This document shows positions 14,527 to 28,562 of a DNA stretch of 56,960 nucleotides, one piece after another. This stretch comes from Seison nebaliae. Lineage: Eukaryota. Position 1 is the first letter of the stretch, and the number at the start of each line of letters is the position of its first letter. The notes beneath the pieces are model-generated. The model was given only the letters and a program-made list of their open reading frames with translations. It searched no databases and had not been told where the DNA came from. The DNA is taken from contig JALJEE010001010.1 of assembly GCA_023231475.1 (NCBI GenBank), positions 1 through 56,960 on the forward strand, written 5' to 3'. The position numbers and the translations under genes are program-made.

Positions 14527-16598
14527 GTTATTATTAATATTATTGTTGTTGTTGTTGATATTGAATAAATCTTCTTCATTCATCTCATCATCAACATCAC
14601 TCATTCCATTAGTGGTATTCTCACAAACAATCGTCTCTTTAAATTTTCGATTTTTTGAATAAATACTTCCATCATTGTCGGTGAAGGAATGTGCACGATT
14701 CGTACGCAATTCACTGTAGAGGACGTCATTGGATAAAAAGATTTTCAAATCACTACGTCGACGATGTCGATGAAGTTTCGTGTCGATTTCATCTTCGAAG
14801 AAACTTCGTCGATATGATTCAACTAATCGAACGACACAAATAAAAAAAGTTGTTTTCTCTCTCTTCTCTTTGAGGATGGATAAGGTTGTATTCGATTCAC
14901 AAGGTGATAAACCATCATCGAAATCTCTCTCATCATAAATGTTCAACAAAGAAATTTTCTTATCGATATCTGATGTTTCCTCATCCTCATAATCGCCGTT
15001 GGAACTATCATCAACAAAATTGGATGATTCGTTCTCTTCACATTCAATTCCTTTCACTTCCAATAAAATATAATGATTATTACCTAGAATTAAATTAAAT
15101 TAAATTAGATATTATTAAATGATATTATGTGTATTTATTTAATAAATGAACCTTCGAATTGACTAGAAATCGCTTCAATTTTTATCGGACATTCATTTTC
15201 AGTATGATCACGTATCTTCTCATCTATTTGTTTCTCATCTTTCTTCAACGAATCATGAAGTCGTTCAATCCTCTGTTGATAATCCTTCAAATGACAATTC
15301 AAATAGAATGATATTATGATTGATAATAATAATCAATTTAACTTGTACGATATGAGAGAATAATGGATCTCTCTTTGGTAATTGAATACAATCACGTAAT
15401 TCCAATCGTTTATCCACGTACAACATGAACGGTTGCTATTGAGAAAAATATGATAAAATCAATATGAAAAATGAAATGAAAATTCAAAAAAGAGATGCAG
15501 CATACAATGAGGAGAAACATTCAAGAAATGGAAACAGATCAGAATTGCCATTACTAACGAAATGAGAGATCACATTCGAATAGATGGACGATGGCATATT
15601 GACCAATGACGATGACGAAGATGAAGATGATGATGCAGTTGTTGAAACGTGTAGACTGTTGGTGGATGAGGATGAATGATGACAATTAGTCTGCAATTTA
15701 TGATGGATCCATTTGACGCACATGCTGGTTAATGTTGAACGTTCGAATTGAATCGAATCATCTTTTGCTGTGATTAGTGGAAAGGAAAACAGAAAATAAT
15801 AATTTATAATAATAATTAATTACAGGATAATCATTGACATGTCCAAATGGAAACAAACCCAATAAATCAATTTCGATATGTGACAATCGGAACAAATCGC
15901 CATCCACTTGACAAACTTCACCGAAATTCTTCTGAATGAAATTGATGATGATATCATTATTGGTGTTGTTGGTGGAGAGTTGAGTGAGATAAGCTAAATT
16001 GGAGATGCATTTAAAAAATAATTGAAATATTTAAAAATTGTAAAACCGATGCAATTGGAAATGTTAATATGTTGGAGAAGGAGATCTTTGAACAACTCCA
16101 CCATTCCATCCATTTCAAACTCACAAGCGACGTCATATACATGTGGAATGTAAGACTTGTTCATGAGCAATCTGGAATAATGTGACAACACTCACGAAAG
16201 GAGACAAGTGACAACTTGTTCAGATAGATGCACTTGAGAATCGTCTTGAATGGTTTATAATATCTCTTCTTCAACGAAATATATAATGGCTCTCCATTCG
16301 ATATATGACGTTCTCGTTGATTATGATGAGGGAAATGAGAGTTTTTCAATTGTGTCTCCGATCGTTCATTCATAATATGATTGAAAAATGCTCTCGATTG
16401 ACAGATGAGAATAGATTTGTGACATCGAAGTGATTCGAATCCGAAATCAAGAACTAAATCATAGAATGATTTGTGATTATAGAGTGATGCCAATGTATCG
16501 TTATAAAACGATCGATCACTCATATATTTGGAGAGATCGTCCAACTGAATCTGATCATTCTGTTCACCGTGACTGCCCACTCCCAACGTTATCGTCAT
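13384..16598 (-). CDS. BTB-BACK-Kelch protein (most reminiscent of IVNS1ABP/NS1-BP), about 7 exons
   Basis: BTB (FYDLVL..F..LRCHKSIL...S..F), BACK (INISNCI, MCVKWIHH) and six Kelch repeats (GG..Y..W) in ORF 13384-15063. Inferred introns: 16172-16215, 15994-16046, 15768-15858, 15436-15558, 15273-15342, 15084-15151. Start codon uncertain. Confidence 0.85.
14491..14558. repeat. (ATT/GTT)n trinucleotide repeat encoding poly-Asn in the Kelch gene
   Basis: Directly visible run; translates to NNNNNINNNNNNNNNNNN on the minus strand. Confidence 0.85.
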
Positions 16599-17204
16599 CG
16601 CCAGAATTTGTTGCCTATCAATTTCTGTGATGTTTTCAAAAGAAAATCAAATTCCTTCACCACTCCAAAAATCAACAGAATCTTTCCCACACAGATTGAA
16701 AAAGTTCGATTCGAGTTCAACCGATTTGAGAACGAATGAAAGCTAAATCGATTAGTCTCTCTTCTTTTCCATTTCACTCGTTCGTCTCGTAGAACTTGCA
16801 AATCAGAAATAGATAGCGACGAGTCACTCAGACTGACCACCATACGACAAGAATCTCGTCTCTTATCTCCATTATCATCATCATCATCATTTTCTCCTCT
16901 CCATCGTTCACAAACATACACTGAATGTTAATAGCGACAACTTGTCACGCACATATATTTCTCTTCTAGCGACACTAGTCTAATATACGAGTAATCTTAT
17001 TAATAACTTATTAGAATGGAGAAGTGAGCAATTAATTGGGAAAGAGCGAACAAAAATATTTGTGTCTATATCATCTATAATTAATTGTCAATCTACAAGA
17101 AATCCTTTCATAAAATCACAAAAATTTTCAATAAATCTCCCCCTCCAAACAAAATCCATTGTCTCCAAATTAAACAAATTAACGTAACATGTTATTACAG
17201 AATG

Positions 17205-17241
17205 CACACACATACACACACACATATATATACACACACAC
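17205..17241. repeat. Imperfect (CA)n/(TA)n microsatellite
   Basis: cacacacatacacacacacatatatatacacacacac. Confidence 0.8.
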
Positions 17242-18743
17242 GCCCACTAAAATTATACTCAATTGAAGATAAAGTCAACATGAAATTATCCAAATGAAAC
17301 ATCATTTTCAACTCGTCTCATTTATTGACCTTCTTATATCGACCCTTTAAATATGATAAGCTTCATCTATCAATTTATTAGTATGACCGTTAATCTGACC
17401 AACATTATCGAAATCGTTAATTTCCTTCCCCGATTATCGTTTTTATTATGTTGTTTATTTTATTATCGTTGTTTTATTATCAACAAAAAGGAAAAGAAGA
17501 GAAGGATCCAAATTTAGACAATAAGTTGAAGCGAGAAGGCAAAAAGCTCAAAAAAATTTTGAATTAAATAAAATGACATCGTTATGAAGAAAATGATCGT
17601 TTATAATCATTTTCTTCTTTTATCTCTCACTCTCTTGACCTCTTTCTCTCTCTCTCTCATTTTGAATGTAAGGGAATGAAATAGAGACGAAATAATTTTA
17701 ATGATGCCCAAATCACATTGAATAATCTTCAATAATGAGATTTATCGTATTGATGTATCGTTCCATATATTTGGGAGAGATTAGTCTCTGTCGATGTGAT
17801 TCCATCGAATAATAATAGTAATAATAATAGTCAAAATCATCATCTCATTTTGTTTGTTCGGAAGAAATTGGAAGAAAATGTTACATGAAAATTGAATGTT
17901 ATCCGAATAATATATTGGAATTTAATTAATTTCATTTGTCCTTCTCTTTTCTTTCACAATTCTTTCGCTCGACATATCTGTATGTTGTTCAATTCGTTTT
18001 CATTTTTTTCCATTATATTTCTCCTTTTTCTTATAAAGGTCAAGAATGGAATGCATACTTTATCCACTTATCTCAATATCCTTCATGACCTCCCTCGTCA
18101 AATAATGGACATCTTCCTTCAATTCAATCGTTTATTCACTCTACTATACCCATATCTGTCAATATACGTAACATAATTGCCTCGTCAAATAAATAATCAA
18201 AATAAACATTGAGTTACCTCGATTTTTATTTAGTATTGACTACTGTCCTATAACATTTCTTTTTCTAACTACCCCGTCAATATCCTTCCATTATCGTACC
18301 GAATAATCTTCCTAATTGAGAAAGGAAACGAACCAGAAATTTCTTCAATTAATTCCCATACGACAATGGATAGAGCTTATTCGACAAATAGAATATTTAG
18401 AAATACTCTTAAAATTTTTTCTCTAATTGAACTTTCCAGAAAAAATTGTAAAATGCATGATAATAATTTGAGATATAACTAAATTTGGCAATATTTCATA
18501 CAATGTTAATTTTGGTGGTACCATAAACAAGGATGAGGATATATATGTTATTATTTGAGAATGGAATGAGATAATTTATTATATGGAATTCTCGAATATA
18601 TCGTTCAATGTTGAAGATTGAATTTAAAATAGAAATTTGAATTTTTAGTCGAAAACAGTTCGCATCAGATTTATTTCTGTTAAAATTTTCAGTGGAAAAT
18701 AATTATTCTTATCCCGCACTTTTGGTTAAAAGATTAAAAGAAG

Positions 18744-20171
18744 ATGTTGAATAAAATCTTACGTAGTCGTGCAAGTCAATTGACGAGAACTTTCACTAGA
18801 CAATTGACATCGGATGTGAAGGTGGAGAAAGATATATGTAAATCTTCTATTTCTGCTGCTTATCCACCAACCGAAGTCTCTCAATTGGAAAATGGATTGA
18901 GAGTTGCATCAGAAGATTATGGAACTCCAACATGTACTGTGGGAGTATGGATAGATGCTGGTAGTCGATTCGAAACTGAACAGAATAATGGAACTGCACA
19001 TTTCCTAGAACATATGGCATTCAAAGGAACACACAAACGGAATCAAGTTCAATTAGAATTAGAGATTGAAAATATGGGTGCTCATCTCAACGCATATACA
19101 TCACGAGAACAAACCGTTTATTATGCCAAATCATTCTCATCCGATATGAATCGATCTGTTGAGATTTTGGCTGATATTCTTAAAAATTCCAAATTAGGCG
19201 AAGCAGAAATTGAACGAGAACGTGGAGTGATTCTGAGAGAAATGCAAGAAGTTGAGACGAATTTACAAGAAGTAGTTTTTGATCATCTTCACGCAACCGC
19301 TTTCCAAGGAACACCATTAGGTCGTACGATTTTAGGTCCAACGGAAAATATTCAATCAATCTCTCGACAAGATTTACAGAAATATATCAATACACATTAT
19401 AAAGCTCCAAGAATCGTATTAGCAGCAGCTGGTGGTTGTAATCATAATGAATTGGTCAAATTGGCGGAACAACATTTGGGATCGTTACCATGGAAATATG
19501 ATAATGAATTAATTCCCGAAATTCCCAAATGTCGATACACTGGAGGTGATATTCGAGTACGAGATGATTCTTTATCTTTAGCTCATATCGCCATTGCTGT
19601 AGAAGGTAGTAGTTGGTCGGATGCCGATACAATTCCATTAATGGTTGCCAATACCATCATTGGATCATGGGATCGTTCGATGGGCAGTGGAGGAAATGTT
19701 GCTTCAAAATTAGGACGATTAGCTCATGAACATAATTTAGTACATTCGTTCCAAGCGTTCAATACCTGTTATACCGATACGGGATTATGGGGATGTTATT
19801 TTGTCACCGATCGAAATAATATCGATGATTTTGTCATAGTTCTATTGAAAGAATGGATGAGATTATGTAATTCAGTGACAGAAGGAGAAGTTGAACGAGC
19901 GAAAAATTTGTTGAAGACGCATATGCTCCTCCAATTAGATGGAACGACTGCCATTTGTGAAGATATCGGTCGACAACTTCTTTGTTATGGACGACGAGTA
20001 CCATTGCATGAATTAGAACGACGAATTGATGCGGTTGATATGAATGTGGTGAAAGCAGTGTGTAATAAATATATTTATGATAAATGTCCAGCGGTGGCTG
20101 GTGTTGGTCCCATTGAACAATTGATTGATTATAACCGAATTCGTGCTGGTATGTATTGGATGAGAGTGTAG
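18744..20171 (+). CDS. PMPCB: Mitochondrial-processing peptidase beta subunit (M16B), intronless
   Basis: Arg-rich presequence, inverted zinc motif [66 protein letters not shown]. Confidence 0.96.
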   Translation: MLNKILRSRASQLTRTFTRQLTSDVKVEKDICKSSISAAYPPTEVSQLENGLRVASEDYGTPTCTVGVWIDAGSRFETEQNNGTAHFLEHMAFKGTHKRNQVQLELEIENMGAHLNAYTSREQTVYYAKSFSSDMNRSVEILADILKNSKLGEAEIERERGVILREMQEVETNLQEVVFDHLHATAFQGTPLGRTILGPTENIQSISRQDLQKYINTHYKAPRIVLAAAGGCNHNELVKLAEQHLGSLPWKYDNELIPEIPKCRYTGGDIRVRDDSLSLAHIAIAVEGSSWSDADTIPLMVANTIIGSWDRSMGSGGNVASKLGRLAHEHNLVHSFQAFNTCYTDTGLWGCYFVTDRNNIDDFVIVLLKEWMRLCNSVTEGEVERAKNLLKTHMLLQLDGTTAICEDIGRQLLCYGRRVPLHELERRIDAVDMNVVKAVCNKYIYDKCPAVAGVGPIEQLIDYNRIRAGMYWMRV

Positions 20172-20426
20172 ACATGGAATAAATGATTCAATTTGAAGTG
20201 ACATAGTCCAAAAGAATTCTTCTCTTTTACCCATTGATCATTTCGAAGAGATTGTTGACCATTTTACATTTTAAAAATAAAAAGTTTCTTCGACTTAAAA
20301 TTTTTTTCTTTTAATTCAATTAACTTTCTGTCTTATTTCCATATAGTTCTTTGTGGAAAATTAATAAATGACATTTATTTCCTTTTTCTAAACAACAGAA
20401 TCTTATTCATTTCTTTTTCCAGTCCG

Positions 20427-20960
20427 ATGATCGAGAAAGTGGGGAGAATAATATGTAGAACGAATTTAATCAATCCGGTAAGATTCAGCTCGATCTACAA
20501 CGTTCCAAAAGTTCATCAATTCAATCGTGTGATCTATGAAGACGATAAAAGCAGACGTCAATCATCAAATATAAGTAATGGAATAATATCGAAAAAAATC
20601 GAACAACGTATTAAGGATGTCATACCAACCGTTTTCATTGAGATTGTCAATGAATCATGGAGACATAAAGTACCAAAGAATAGTGAAACACATTTCAAAT
20701 TAACTGTCGTATCTGACCGTTTTGAGAAGATGAAAATGTTGGATCGTCATCGTCTTATTAATAACGAATTAAATGATTGTATGGAGAATGATGGTGTGCA
20801 TTCCATTCAAATTCATACAATTACACCATCAATATGGTACAGTAATTATTATGAGAAAGGATTGAAACTCGCAGAGAATACACAACCACCATCTTGTTTG
20901 GGTGGTATTGTTCGTGAGAAATTGATGAAGGAATCGTTAAATAAAACTGAAGGATCATAA
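20427..20960 (+). CDS. BOLA1: BolA-like protein 1 with mitochondrial-type N-terminal extension
   Basis: IVNESWRHKVPKNSETHFKLTVVSDRFE...RHRLIN..L..GVHSIQI and C-terminal PPSCLGG, characteristic of BolA1. Confidence 0.88.
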   Translation: MIEKVGRIICRTNLINPVRFSSIYNVPKVHQFNRVIYEDDKSRRQSSNISNGIISKKIEQRIKDVIPTVFIEIVNESWRHKVPKNSETHFKLTVVSDRFEKMKMLDRHRLINNELNDCMENDGVHSIQIHTITPSIWYSNYYEKGLKLAENTQPPSCLGGIVREKLMKESLNKTEGS

Positions 20961-21117
20961 AATCATTTTTTCAGTTGGTTGTTATTATGAAATCGTTATT
21001 AATTTATGAGACATATATTAATTTCATATAATTCATTTATTTATTTCATCGATTGAAAAAAAGAATGAAATAATTTTTGTTTTCTCATATTTCATCTCGA
21101 AGATCACTTTTCTTAGA

Positions 21118-22630
21118 ATGATTCCATTTCACTTCTTAACATTCCTGATGATGGTTTTAGGAAAATGTTTTCCTTCATTCTCTTCACTCATGGTCAATAC
21201 TTGTTTGAATTCCAATGAGGATGTTTATAGAAATTTTGATTATGAAAACTTTCGTGAAACGACAAAGCAATTAAAAGAGAATAATATTCATGTTCATATT
21301 CTAGAAAGACCTTTCATTTTGAATACTTGGAACTTTTCTATTGCCACAATCACCGGTTGGAACTTGTTTATCAATAATAAATTGATAATTCTCATTAGCT
21401 TGGAATGAGTTGATGAATTGTAAGGAATCGAATTTAATTTATAGATCGAAGAAAAATAATTTATTGAATTCACTTGTAGCTGGATGTTCTGCTTGCGAAC
21501 AACATCAATGTGATGGAACTGTTGGATATGGTGGTTCTCCTGATACTACTGGAGAGACTACATTAGATGCAATGATAATGGATGGAGATGAAATGGATGT
21601 AGGAGCTGTGGCTGATCTAAGAAATATAAAAGAAGCTAGTCAAGTCTCATTAAGTGTACTCGAACATACTCAACACACATTATTGGTAGGTGACGCTGGT
21701 TACCGTCATTTTTAATAAACGTCTTATTTCCAATTTTTAAATATTTTATAGCATCTAATTTTGCTGTTGAAATGGGATTTGAACGACAAAATTTATCGAC
21801 ACCAAAATCTGAAGAAATTTTCCACAATTGGAAATCGCATAAATGTCAACCAAATTTTTGGAAAAATGTCCTTCCAAATCCGCAGGAACAATGTGGACCA
21901 TATAAACCGAAAAAGATGAAAAATGTTAAGGATGAATTTACTTATACATCTCATGATACGATCGGTTTCAAATTTATTTGTAACCGATTTTCATTATCCA
22001 TAGTCGATTTTAGGTATGATCGGAGTTGTTGGAACTTCAATTGCTATTGCTACAAGTACCAATGGTGCCAATCACAAAATTAGCGGTCGAGTAGGCGACA
22101 GTCCGATTATGGGTGCAGGTGGCATAGCAGATTCAAGAAGTCGTATTGGAGTAGTTGCTACAGGTGACGGTGATGTGATGATGAGATTTCTTCCTGCGTT
22201 TAAATTTTTAATTAGATTTTTTAAAATTAAATTTATTCCAAATTTGACTTTATTTGATTCAGAGCGAAAGTTCGAACTTTGTATCAGCTTGGTTATTCTT
22301 TGGATGAGTGTTTAGAAAGAACGATGACTGAAATTGTTTCGTACTATCCACACGTTAACGGAGCTTTATTAGCAGCGACAATTGATGGAGAATATAGTTC
22401 ACAACTTTCAACATGATTTATTGTTGTTTCATTTAGTTATAGGTGCAATTTGTCACGGATTTAATGGTCGATTTCCCTTCAACGTTATAACAGCCAAAGA
22501 AAAAAATGTTCTAACGATTTATGTCGATTGTATCGATAAGAAAGAGGAAAAGAAAAAAATTATTTCGAACAATGAACAAGTTGATGTAGAAAACGTTCTT
22601 TTGGTAGATAATGAAATTGAGGATTTGTAG
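21118..22630 (+). CDS. AGA: Aspartylglucosaminidase (Ntn hydrolase), 6 exons
   Basis: [45 protein letters not shown], autocleavage site [38 protein letters not shown]. Introns 21356-21398, 21699-21751, 21965-22013, 22198-22262 and 22397-22442. Confidence 0.95.
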
Positions 22631-24670
22631 AAAGAGTGATTGACATTAATGCTCAATTTCACCAGGACGAATTTCCCTTTTCAAACATTTGTACAATCAT
22701 TTATTTTTCAATAAAATTACATCGTTTTTCCATTTGCTTTTACTGATAATTGAAATAAATATTGATTTTTATAGTTTTTGTTAATATTCATTCTATATAA
22801 TATAATAAGTTATCTCTACACATTCCACAACAATAACAACAACAACAATTACACATTCGCACATAAATATATTAAAGTGCACGTATAATGTTAGGAAGAA
22901 CAATTTGTTTTATTGAAGTGGATTACATAGTCAATTAGATTTGAGGAACTTACTTAAGAGATCGCTACGAACATGCTGCCTAAATTAGGAAATCGTTTTG
23001 TCATTTTCCGAGATGGAGTTTTTGAACATTATTTAGGTTGAGTTACGTGAACATTGATGAAAGATATAATGTTAATTATAAGATATAATTGATCTTAAAA
23101 TATACACACCTAAAATATGTGTAAGTCTAAATAAGTGCGTAACATTCGTCAATGTAAAAGAGGAGTTAGTAAGAAAAATATTTAGGAAGATAAATTACTT
23201 CGTTCATTGAACATTTGTGGGCATTTACCTGTTTCGAGCTGTCAAACGAATTATGAATGAATAATGGTAGACGGAAATATGTCCGAAGTTAATGAGTTTT
23301 CGTAAGATTAGATGAAACAAAATGTTGAAACGACGTGATCGAAATTACTATAATTGCTCTCATTTTATCACATTTCTTTTCTTTCTGCTTTTACCATTTA
23401 TTTAACATTAATACTATTGGGCCAGATCTCCTATTAGTATCAGTATATAGTATTAGTAATTACAATAATAATCATTCTCATTACTAATATGATCATATTG
23501 TAGTTCTTTATGTTAGGAGAAAAATCTATTTTTTCAAAAAAAATTTTATTCGATCCTTTAGAGAGAACTCATAACATTCACACAGTTTACATAAACGAAT
23601 GAAAGATTGCACATGTGCAAAGAAAGAAGAGTAGAAAGTAGAATAATAAAAAAGGTTTTCGTCAATCAGATGAATGATGTCAAGCGCGAGACGTGAACCT
23701 GCGTAGATGAGTGTCATCTTTTATCACCAATTTCGCGTCGGTTGTAACATAAAAATGAAATTTACTGTTACACAGTTGCTTCTCTACTTAAAAGTAAACC
23801 ATCGTTAAACTATTCATATAATCAATCATATAAGATGTAGGATTGATAGAAAGTTTATATTGAAGACGTTAAGAAAAAGAGATTTCCCTGAACTTTGTCG
23901 TCAGCTGTATCTCACGCACAGTTTTACCGCTAACTTTTATGTGAAAGCGACAGATTGAAAGATCCAACGTTATGAAAAAGAATAGTAACGTTTTTAATTC
24001 CTCAAATGAAACAATTGTTAACTTAAGTTACGCTTATATCACATCCGTATCAAGCCAACTTTAATAAATCTTCAAAGTCGTTAACGACCAAATTTTTTTG
24101 TTCTCCTACTTCATAATGTGAAGTTCATATTATTTATTGTTATTGTAATTATTTTGCTTTTTGATATTACTTAATATTCTTGTTCTTCAACTTTCCCTAT
24201 TGGTTATAATTAATTTATGTTCAATATTTCAATTTAATAGAAATCAAAGTTTCTCTATTACCAATACTAATAATTCTCTGAAGTTCATCAATTCCGTTTC
24301 AAATGAAACAGATAATATTATAAATTGATATAATAAGAGAATGTAATTATTTATATGGGTAGGACAACTAATTTAAATTGGTTCATTCCCCTTGAAATAT
24401 GAATAATCATTATTAATTCCTTCACATCAATTATGCTCTCATAATGTTTCGATTAAAAGGTTTATTTCTCGAATTCATTCTCTAATTCACTATCCATTTT
24501 CATACACTTTTGTCATACAATCACTCTCAAGACAATCTTGTGCTAGCTAATTCTGCCGCAAAACCTCGACATAAGTTATATATTGGTCCTCCGATTTTAT
24601 ATCCAGGGTTAGCAACTTACTTGCAACATTATTTCTTCCAATACTTGTTATTACTATTAGAGAAAAATTT

Positions 24671-26519
24671 ATGAGAAGAGAATGGATACCTGACTACAAC
24701 GAATACATTCGTCTTACTGAAGTATGGCAACCGAAAGATAGAAAATCTTCCTATAGATCAAGTAATAGTTAAGATTATTTAAATTTTTATTATTCTCATT
24801 TTTAGAGAAAGATAATCGAACATCGTTTTATATGAAAGCTGATTATACACCCGCAAAATATTTACCAACTAACTTATTTTATACCGCATTGAAAGCTTCA
24901 AGGAATAATAGAGATTCCAAGAGAACTTTATCCCAACAATGTTGATTATTTTTACAATTTTTATTTTAATTCTCTTTCAAACATGTCCCACTTCATCTTT
25001 AGCTCATTTACGGGAAATGCCAAATGCTTATTCTAAATTCCCGTCGAATAACAATCTTTTAATTTATAATAAACATGCCGTCTTCGATAAGTTGAACTTA
25101 CAACCGTATTTATCTCCAAGAACGCACTTACCACCAGATCTCATGAGAAAATCAACCGATTATGAGAAACAATATGGATTTGTTAAGGAACAGGTTATGA
25201 CCATTATAATTTTTTGAATTGGTTTCATGAAATTTTAATTTGAATAGTCTCTTGACCAACATTCACTAGTCCCATCGAATATTTCGTCCAATTATCAATC
25301 ACATGATTTATACAATGTTCGAAATTCGAGACGGAATGAATATGATTCGAAGAAGAAAGATTCTCAACTGAAAAATGTTCAAGCTTTCCATAAGCCTCAT
25401 GGTTATAAGAAACGTTTCGACGACATTATCAACAAATATAATTTACCACGGAAGAATATCGTAACTAAGATTGAAGATAAGGCAAGAGTTGATATGTACA
25501 CATATCAAAAAATGCAAATGGAAGGAAACTATTTTTCACGATTAGAACAAAGTAGGAGACGAAAAGAACTTGAGAGAAAATATCGATTACTCAATTCAAA
25601 AACTAAAGAAAAACAAACGCGACGAGGTAAAATTTCATCATCTGACCATCAATCAAGTGATGAACAAATTCAAAAAGTATTTGTCGATGGTAGATTGACT
25701 CCTATGTCTCCACTCATCGATGCTGACATGCTACTCCAATCAATCATACAACGACAAGAACGAGAAAAAAGTCGTAAAAACCAACAAAAACATAGAGAGG
25801 TGAAAATTGGACATCTTCCCTCGAAAGGAACTAAACATTCACATGAACCAGATCGAAGACGAAATCGTGCTGATAAAGTGAAACATCGACCATCACATTC
25901 TAGATCTTTATTCGGAGAGAATATCTATTTGGGTAAAGAAGTAGTGTTGAATCGATTGTCCAAACTTCAAAGAAGAATTCCATCAACCATCATTCACAAA
26001 TATCAAAAGTCTTTATATGGAACTCATGGAACGAAAACAAATTCAACTCTGTCACCTCATCGCAAAATGAGAAAAAAGAAACTCATCAAATTGAACTTAT
26101 ATTCTAAACATGACAATAGATATTATCGTAGAACATACGATAATCGAAGGAACTATTACAATACAATCTCTCAATCATTAACTACTAAACATTGTCAAAA
26201 TGATGATTTTCTAATAAATATGGATCTAGATGTAATCGATGATCATAAACGTTACACCATTAGCGACTTCCCAAAATTTGAAAACTCAATTTCTGGACAT
26301 AGTTCCTTAATTGGGATGGAGAATGATAAAACGAAGATGCCAGAAATTAAACCGATTGCTTCAAAAGCTCTACCGAGAAAAACCAAACCATCAACCAAAT
26401 TAGAACAGCTTGTTAATTTTTTTACTAAAAAATGTGAAGAAAACGAACAATATCAACAACAACAACAAAATCATCAACTTCCTCTGAACCATGTTGGAGA
26501 GCAATTGAAAATTATTTGA
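24671..26519 (+). CDS. Hypothetical basic, Lys/Arg-rich protein, about 4 exons
   Basis: ATG 24671 joins through three short frame-preserving introns (about 24768-24805, 24941-25001, 25194-25247) into the frame of ORF 25494-26519. No recognisable domain. Confidence 0.6.
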
Positions 26520-27073
26520 CACATTTGTAAAGACTATTTTCTATTTTATCAAATATTTTTTGTTCGAATATTGTAAAAACAATTATTTTTTAATTAGCAT
26601 CAAATTAATATCGAATAGTAAATACCTTAAAAGAGTAATTATTAAATATTACTATATTATTTTGATAACACTATTAGAACATTAACTATTAGAATTTGAT
26701 AATGAAAGTACTAAAACTGGATACGCAAATTTTGCACAGTTTATTTTCAACATCCAGTTATTGTCAGTAGAATCTAGAAGAATTGAAGCTTGGGTTGCAA
26801 ATTTGTACGAAAAAGAATTTTTGGGGTTGAAATCTGTCATAAAAACCAACCGAAAACCATACTGTTCGAAAGGTGATCTCCAATCAGTTTGATAAGTATT
26901 GATATTATATTCTTTTTCCATATACTTTTATGACATGAAAAACTAGTTAGACGACCATTTCCCAAAACAAATAATAGTTTATGCCATCCTATGAAGTATA
27001 TGAAGCAACAACATTCGGTTAAAAAACTTTTCTTTTTTGATTTCCTTTCGTTTTCTGTATTTCAATTATTCAA

Positions 27074-28414
27074 ATGATCCCAATGGATATACAAATTTAT
27101 AAAACATCTTTAATGTCTGAAAGGTGGACAATTTTGAACAAATTACGGCATATTTCAAATTATGATCTTTATGATAGAAATTTAGCAGTTTGTAGTACTA
27201 ATTTTTTACTGGGTATGATAATGTCAACCACAATATTAATTGATATCATTCAATGTAAACATAAACGTCTTGAGGAGAATTTTAATGAAGAAATGCATTT
27301 TCTTAGGAATAGTATCAGAAGACGTAAAATAGAATTAAAACAATTGGATATTTGTATATCTGACGTTCAAATGACTGATATCAGTTTGTCCAACGAGAAT
27401 AAAACATATACGAATGATTATGGACTTATTGGAGATTATTGTACTACACAAGCTTTTAAGAAATATGATACAGACAAACATTTGAACGAACATCAGTCAC
27501 AAGCACATTATATACCTTCACAAATACGATTTCATGTTGTATTGAAGGATTTATTTGCATTGAACTATCGCTTAGGAGTTTCATTTCATTGTCGATATAT
27601 TTACTATGATGCTATTAAGCTGTTAAATTTAGAAGTATTTCCGAAAAATATTAGATACAATAGTTTTGAACCGAAACTATTTTCATTCTTTTATGCGACT
27701 GATATTGGGGAGGATGTGATGGAAGAAGTTTCCAAAAAATTATTTAATGACGGAATTCTTCCACAGTTTATCCACTTTTCAATTAAACAGAAACCTAATT
27801 TAAGAATTCATCCGCATACATTTACGTTATTAGCTGACGTTATGGAAAAAGTAAAGCGAAAGAACATACACCATAAACCAATTTCCAACTTGAGTCTTTT
27901 CATTTATCGCGTTCTATTCACGGTTCCTAAAATAGATCAACATCAACGAATTATTTTATTTAAGATAGGAAACAAAAAAGTACCTTATCGGTTGATAGCA
28001 TTTTCTATTCTTATGATAAAAGAGGTTAAGATAAGAATGAATAAGATTGACAAGGTATATGAAGATATACCGGAATTACATGACTGTATCAACAAATTTA
28101 TTAAAAGATCTAATGATGCTGTGAGAAATAAAACTGTTGAACTTAGAAAAATTATTTCACCATACATTACTAATCATACAGTTCTATTTCGGTCGGTATG
28201 TAATGAAATTATGCGAAGAAGAACACTATATGATATGGTAGTTAAAGCACGTGAAAAGCATACTTTCTCACTTACTCTAATTAACGATAGTTGGTTTATG
28301 ATGAATGATGAATATACTTTTAAAATAATGGATATAGAAACTTTTACTAAAATGTTGGCAAATGAAAATGTTGATGGAATCTTACTTCATAAGGTTGAGA
28401 TACCTTTCGAATAG
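27074..28414 (+). CDS. Intronless lineage-specific protein, putative divergent USP/C19-like cysteine protease (copy 1)
   Basis: 446-aa ORF paralogous to 29059-30510. Cys-box-like DRNLAVCSTNFLLGMI and His-box-like HTFSLTLINDSWFMMNDE...DGILL. The ORF is solid; the function is inferred. Confidence 0.7.
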   Translation: MIPMDIQIYKTSLMSERWTILNKLRHISNYDLYDRNLAVCSTNFLLGMIMSTTILIDIIQCKHKRLEENFNEEMHFLRNSIRRRKIELKQLDICISDVQMTDISLSNENKTYTNDYGLIGDYCTTQAFKKYDTDKHLNEHQSQAHYIPSQIRFHVVLKDLFALNYRLGVSFHCRYIYYDAIKLLNLEVFPKNIRYNSFEPKLFSFFYATDIGEDVMEEVSKKLFNDGILPQFIHFSIKQKPNLRIHPHTFTLLADVMEKVKRKNIHHKPISNLSLFIYRVLFTVPKIDQHQRIILFKIGNKKVPYRLIAFSILMIKEVKIRMNKIDKVYEDIPELHDCINKFIKRSNDAVRNKTVELRKIISPYITNHTVLFRSVCNEIMRRRTLYDMVVKAREKHTFSLTLINDSWFMMNDEYTFKIMDIETFTKMLANENVDGILLHKVEIPFE

Positions 28415-28562
28415 AACGATTATCAAATTCATTATTGTTGCTCAAAACCACGTAAACATCAAGAAAGATTAATCTCACCATCCTAAAAATCAAATTTCAC
28501 ATTTATTTTTCAATAATCTTTTGTCTATCCATAAAAATAAATTAACGCGTGAAGATGATAAA

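Noticed and set aside
16595..16921. 108-aa ORF upstream of the BTB-Kelch gene
   Set aside because: It is out of frame with the BTB ORF and has no recognisable motif; probably 5' UTR, though an upstream exon cannot be excluded.
19456..20234. Antisense and alternate-frame ORFs over PMPCB (similar ones over PNKP, ENT, PiT and astacin)
   Set aside because: These are shadows of real coding sequence with no independent features.
23600..23750. ATTGCAC (U1A-loop-like) and a CpG-rich patch
   Set aside because: No U1 stem-loop I, 5' end or Sm site in the right arrangement; likely chance or a regulatory island.
26682..26921. 79-aa minus-strand ORF beside the protease-like pair
   Set aside because: It looks somewhat coding-like but has no motif or splice partner; not supportable as a gene.
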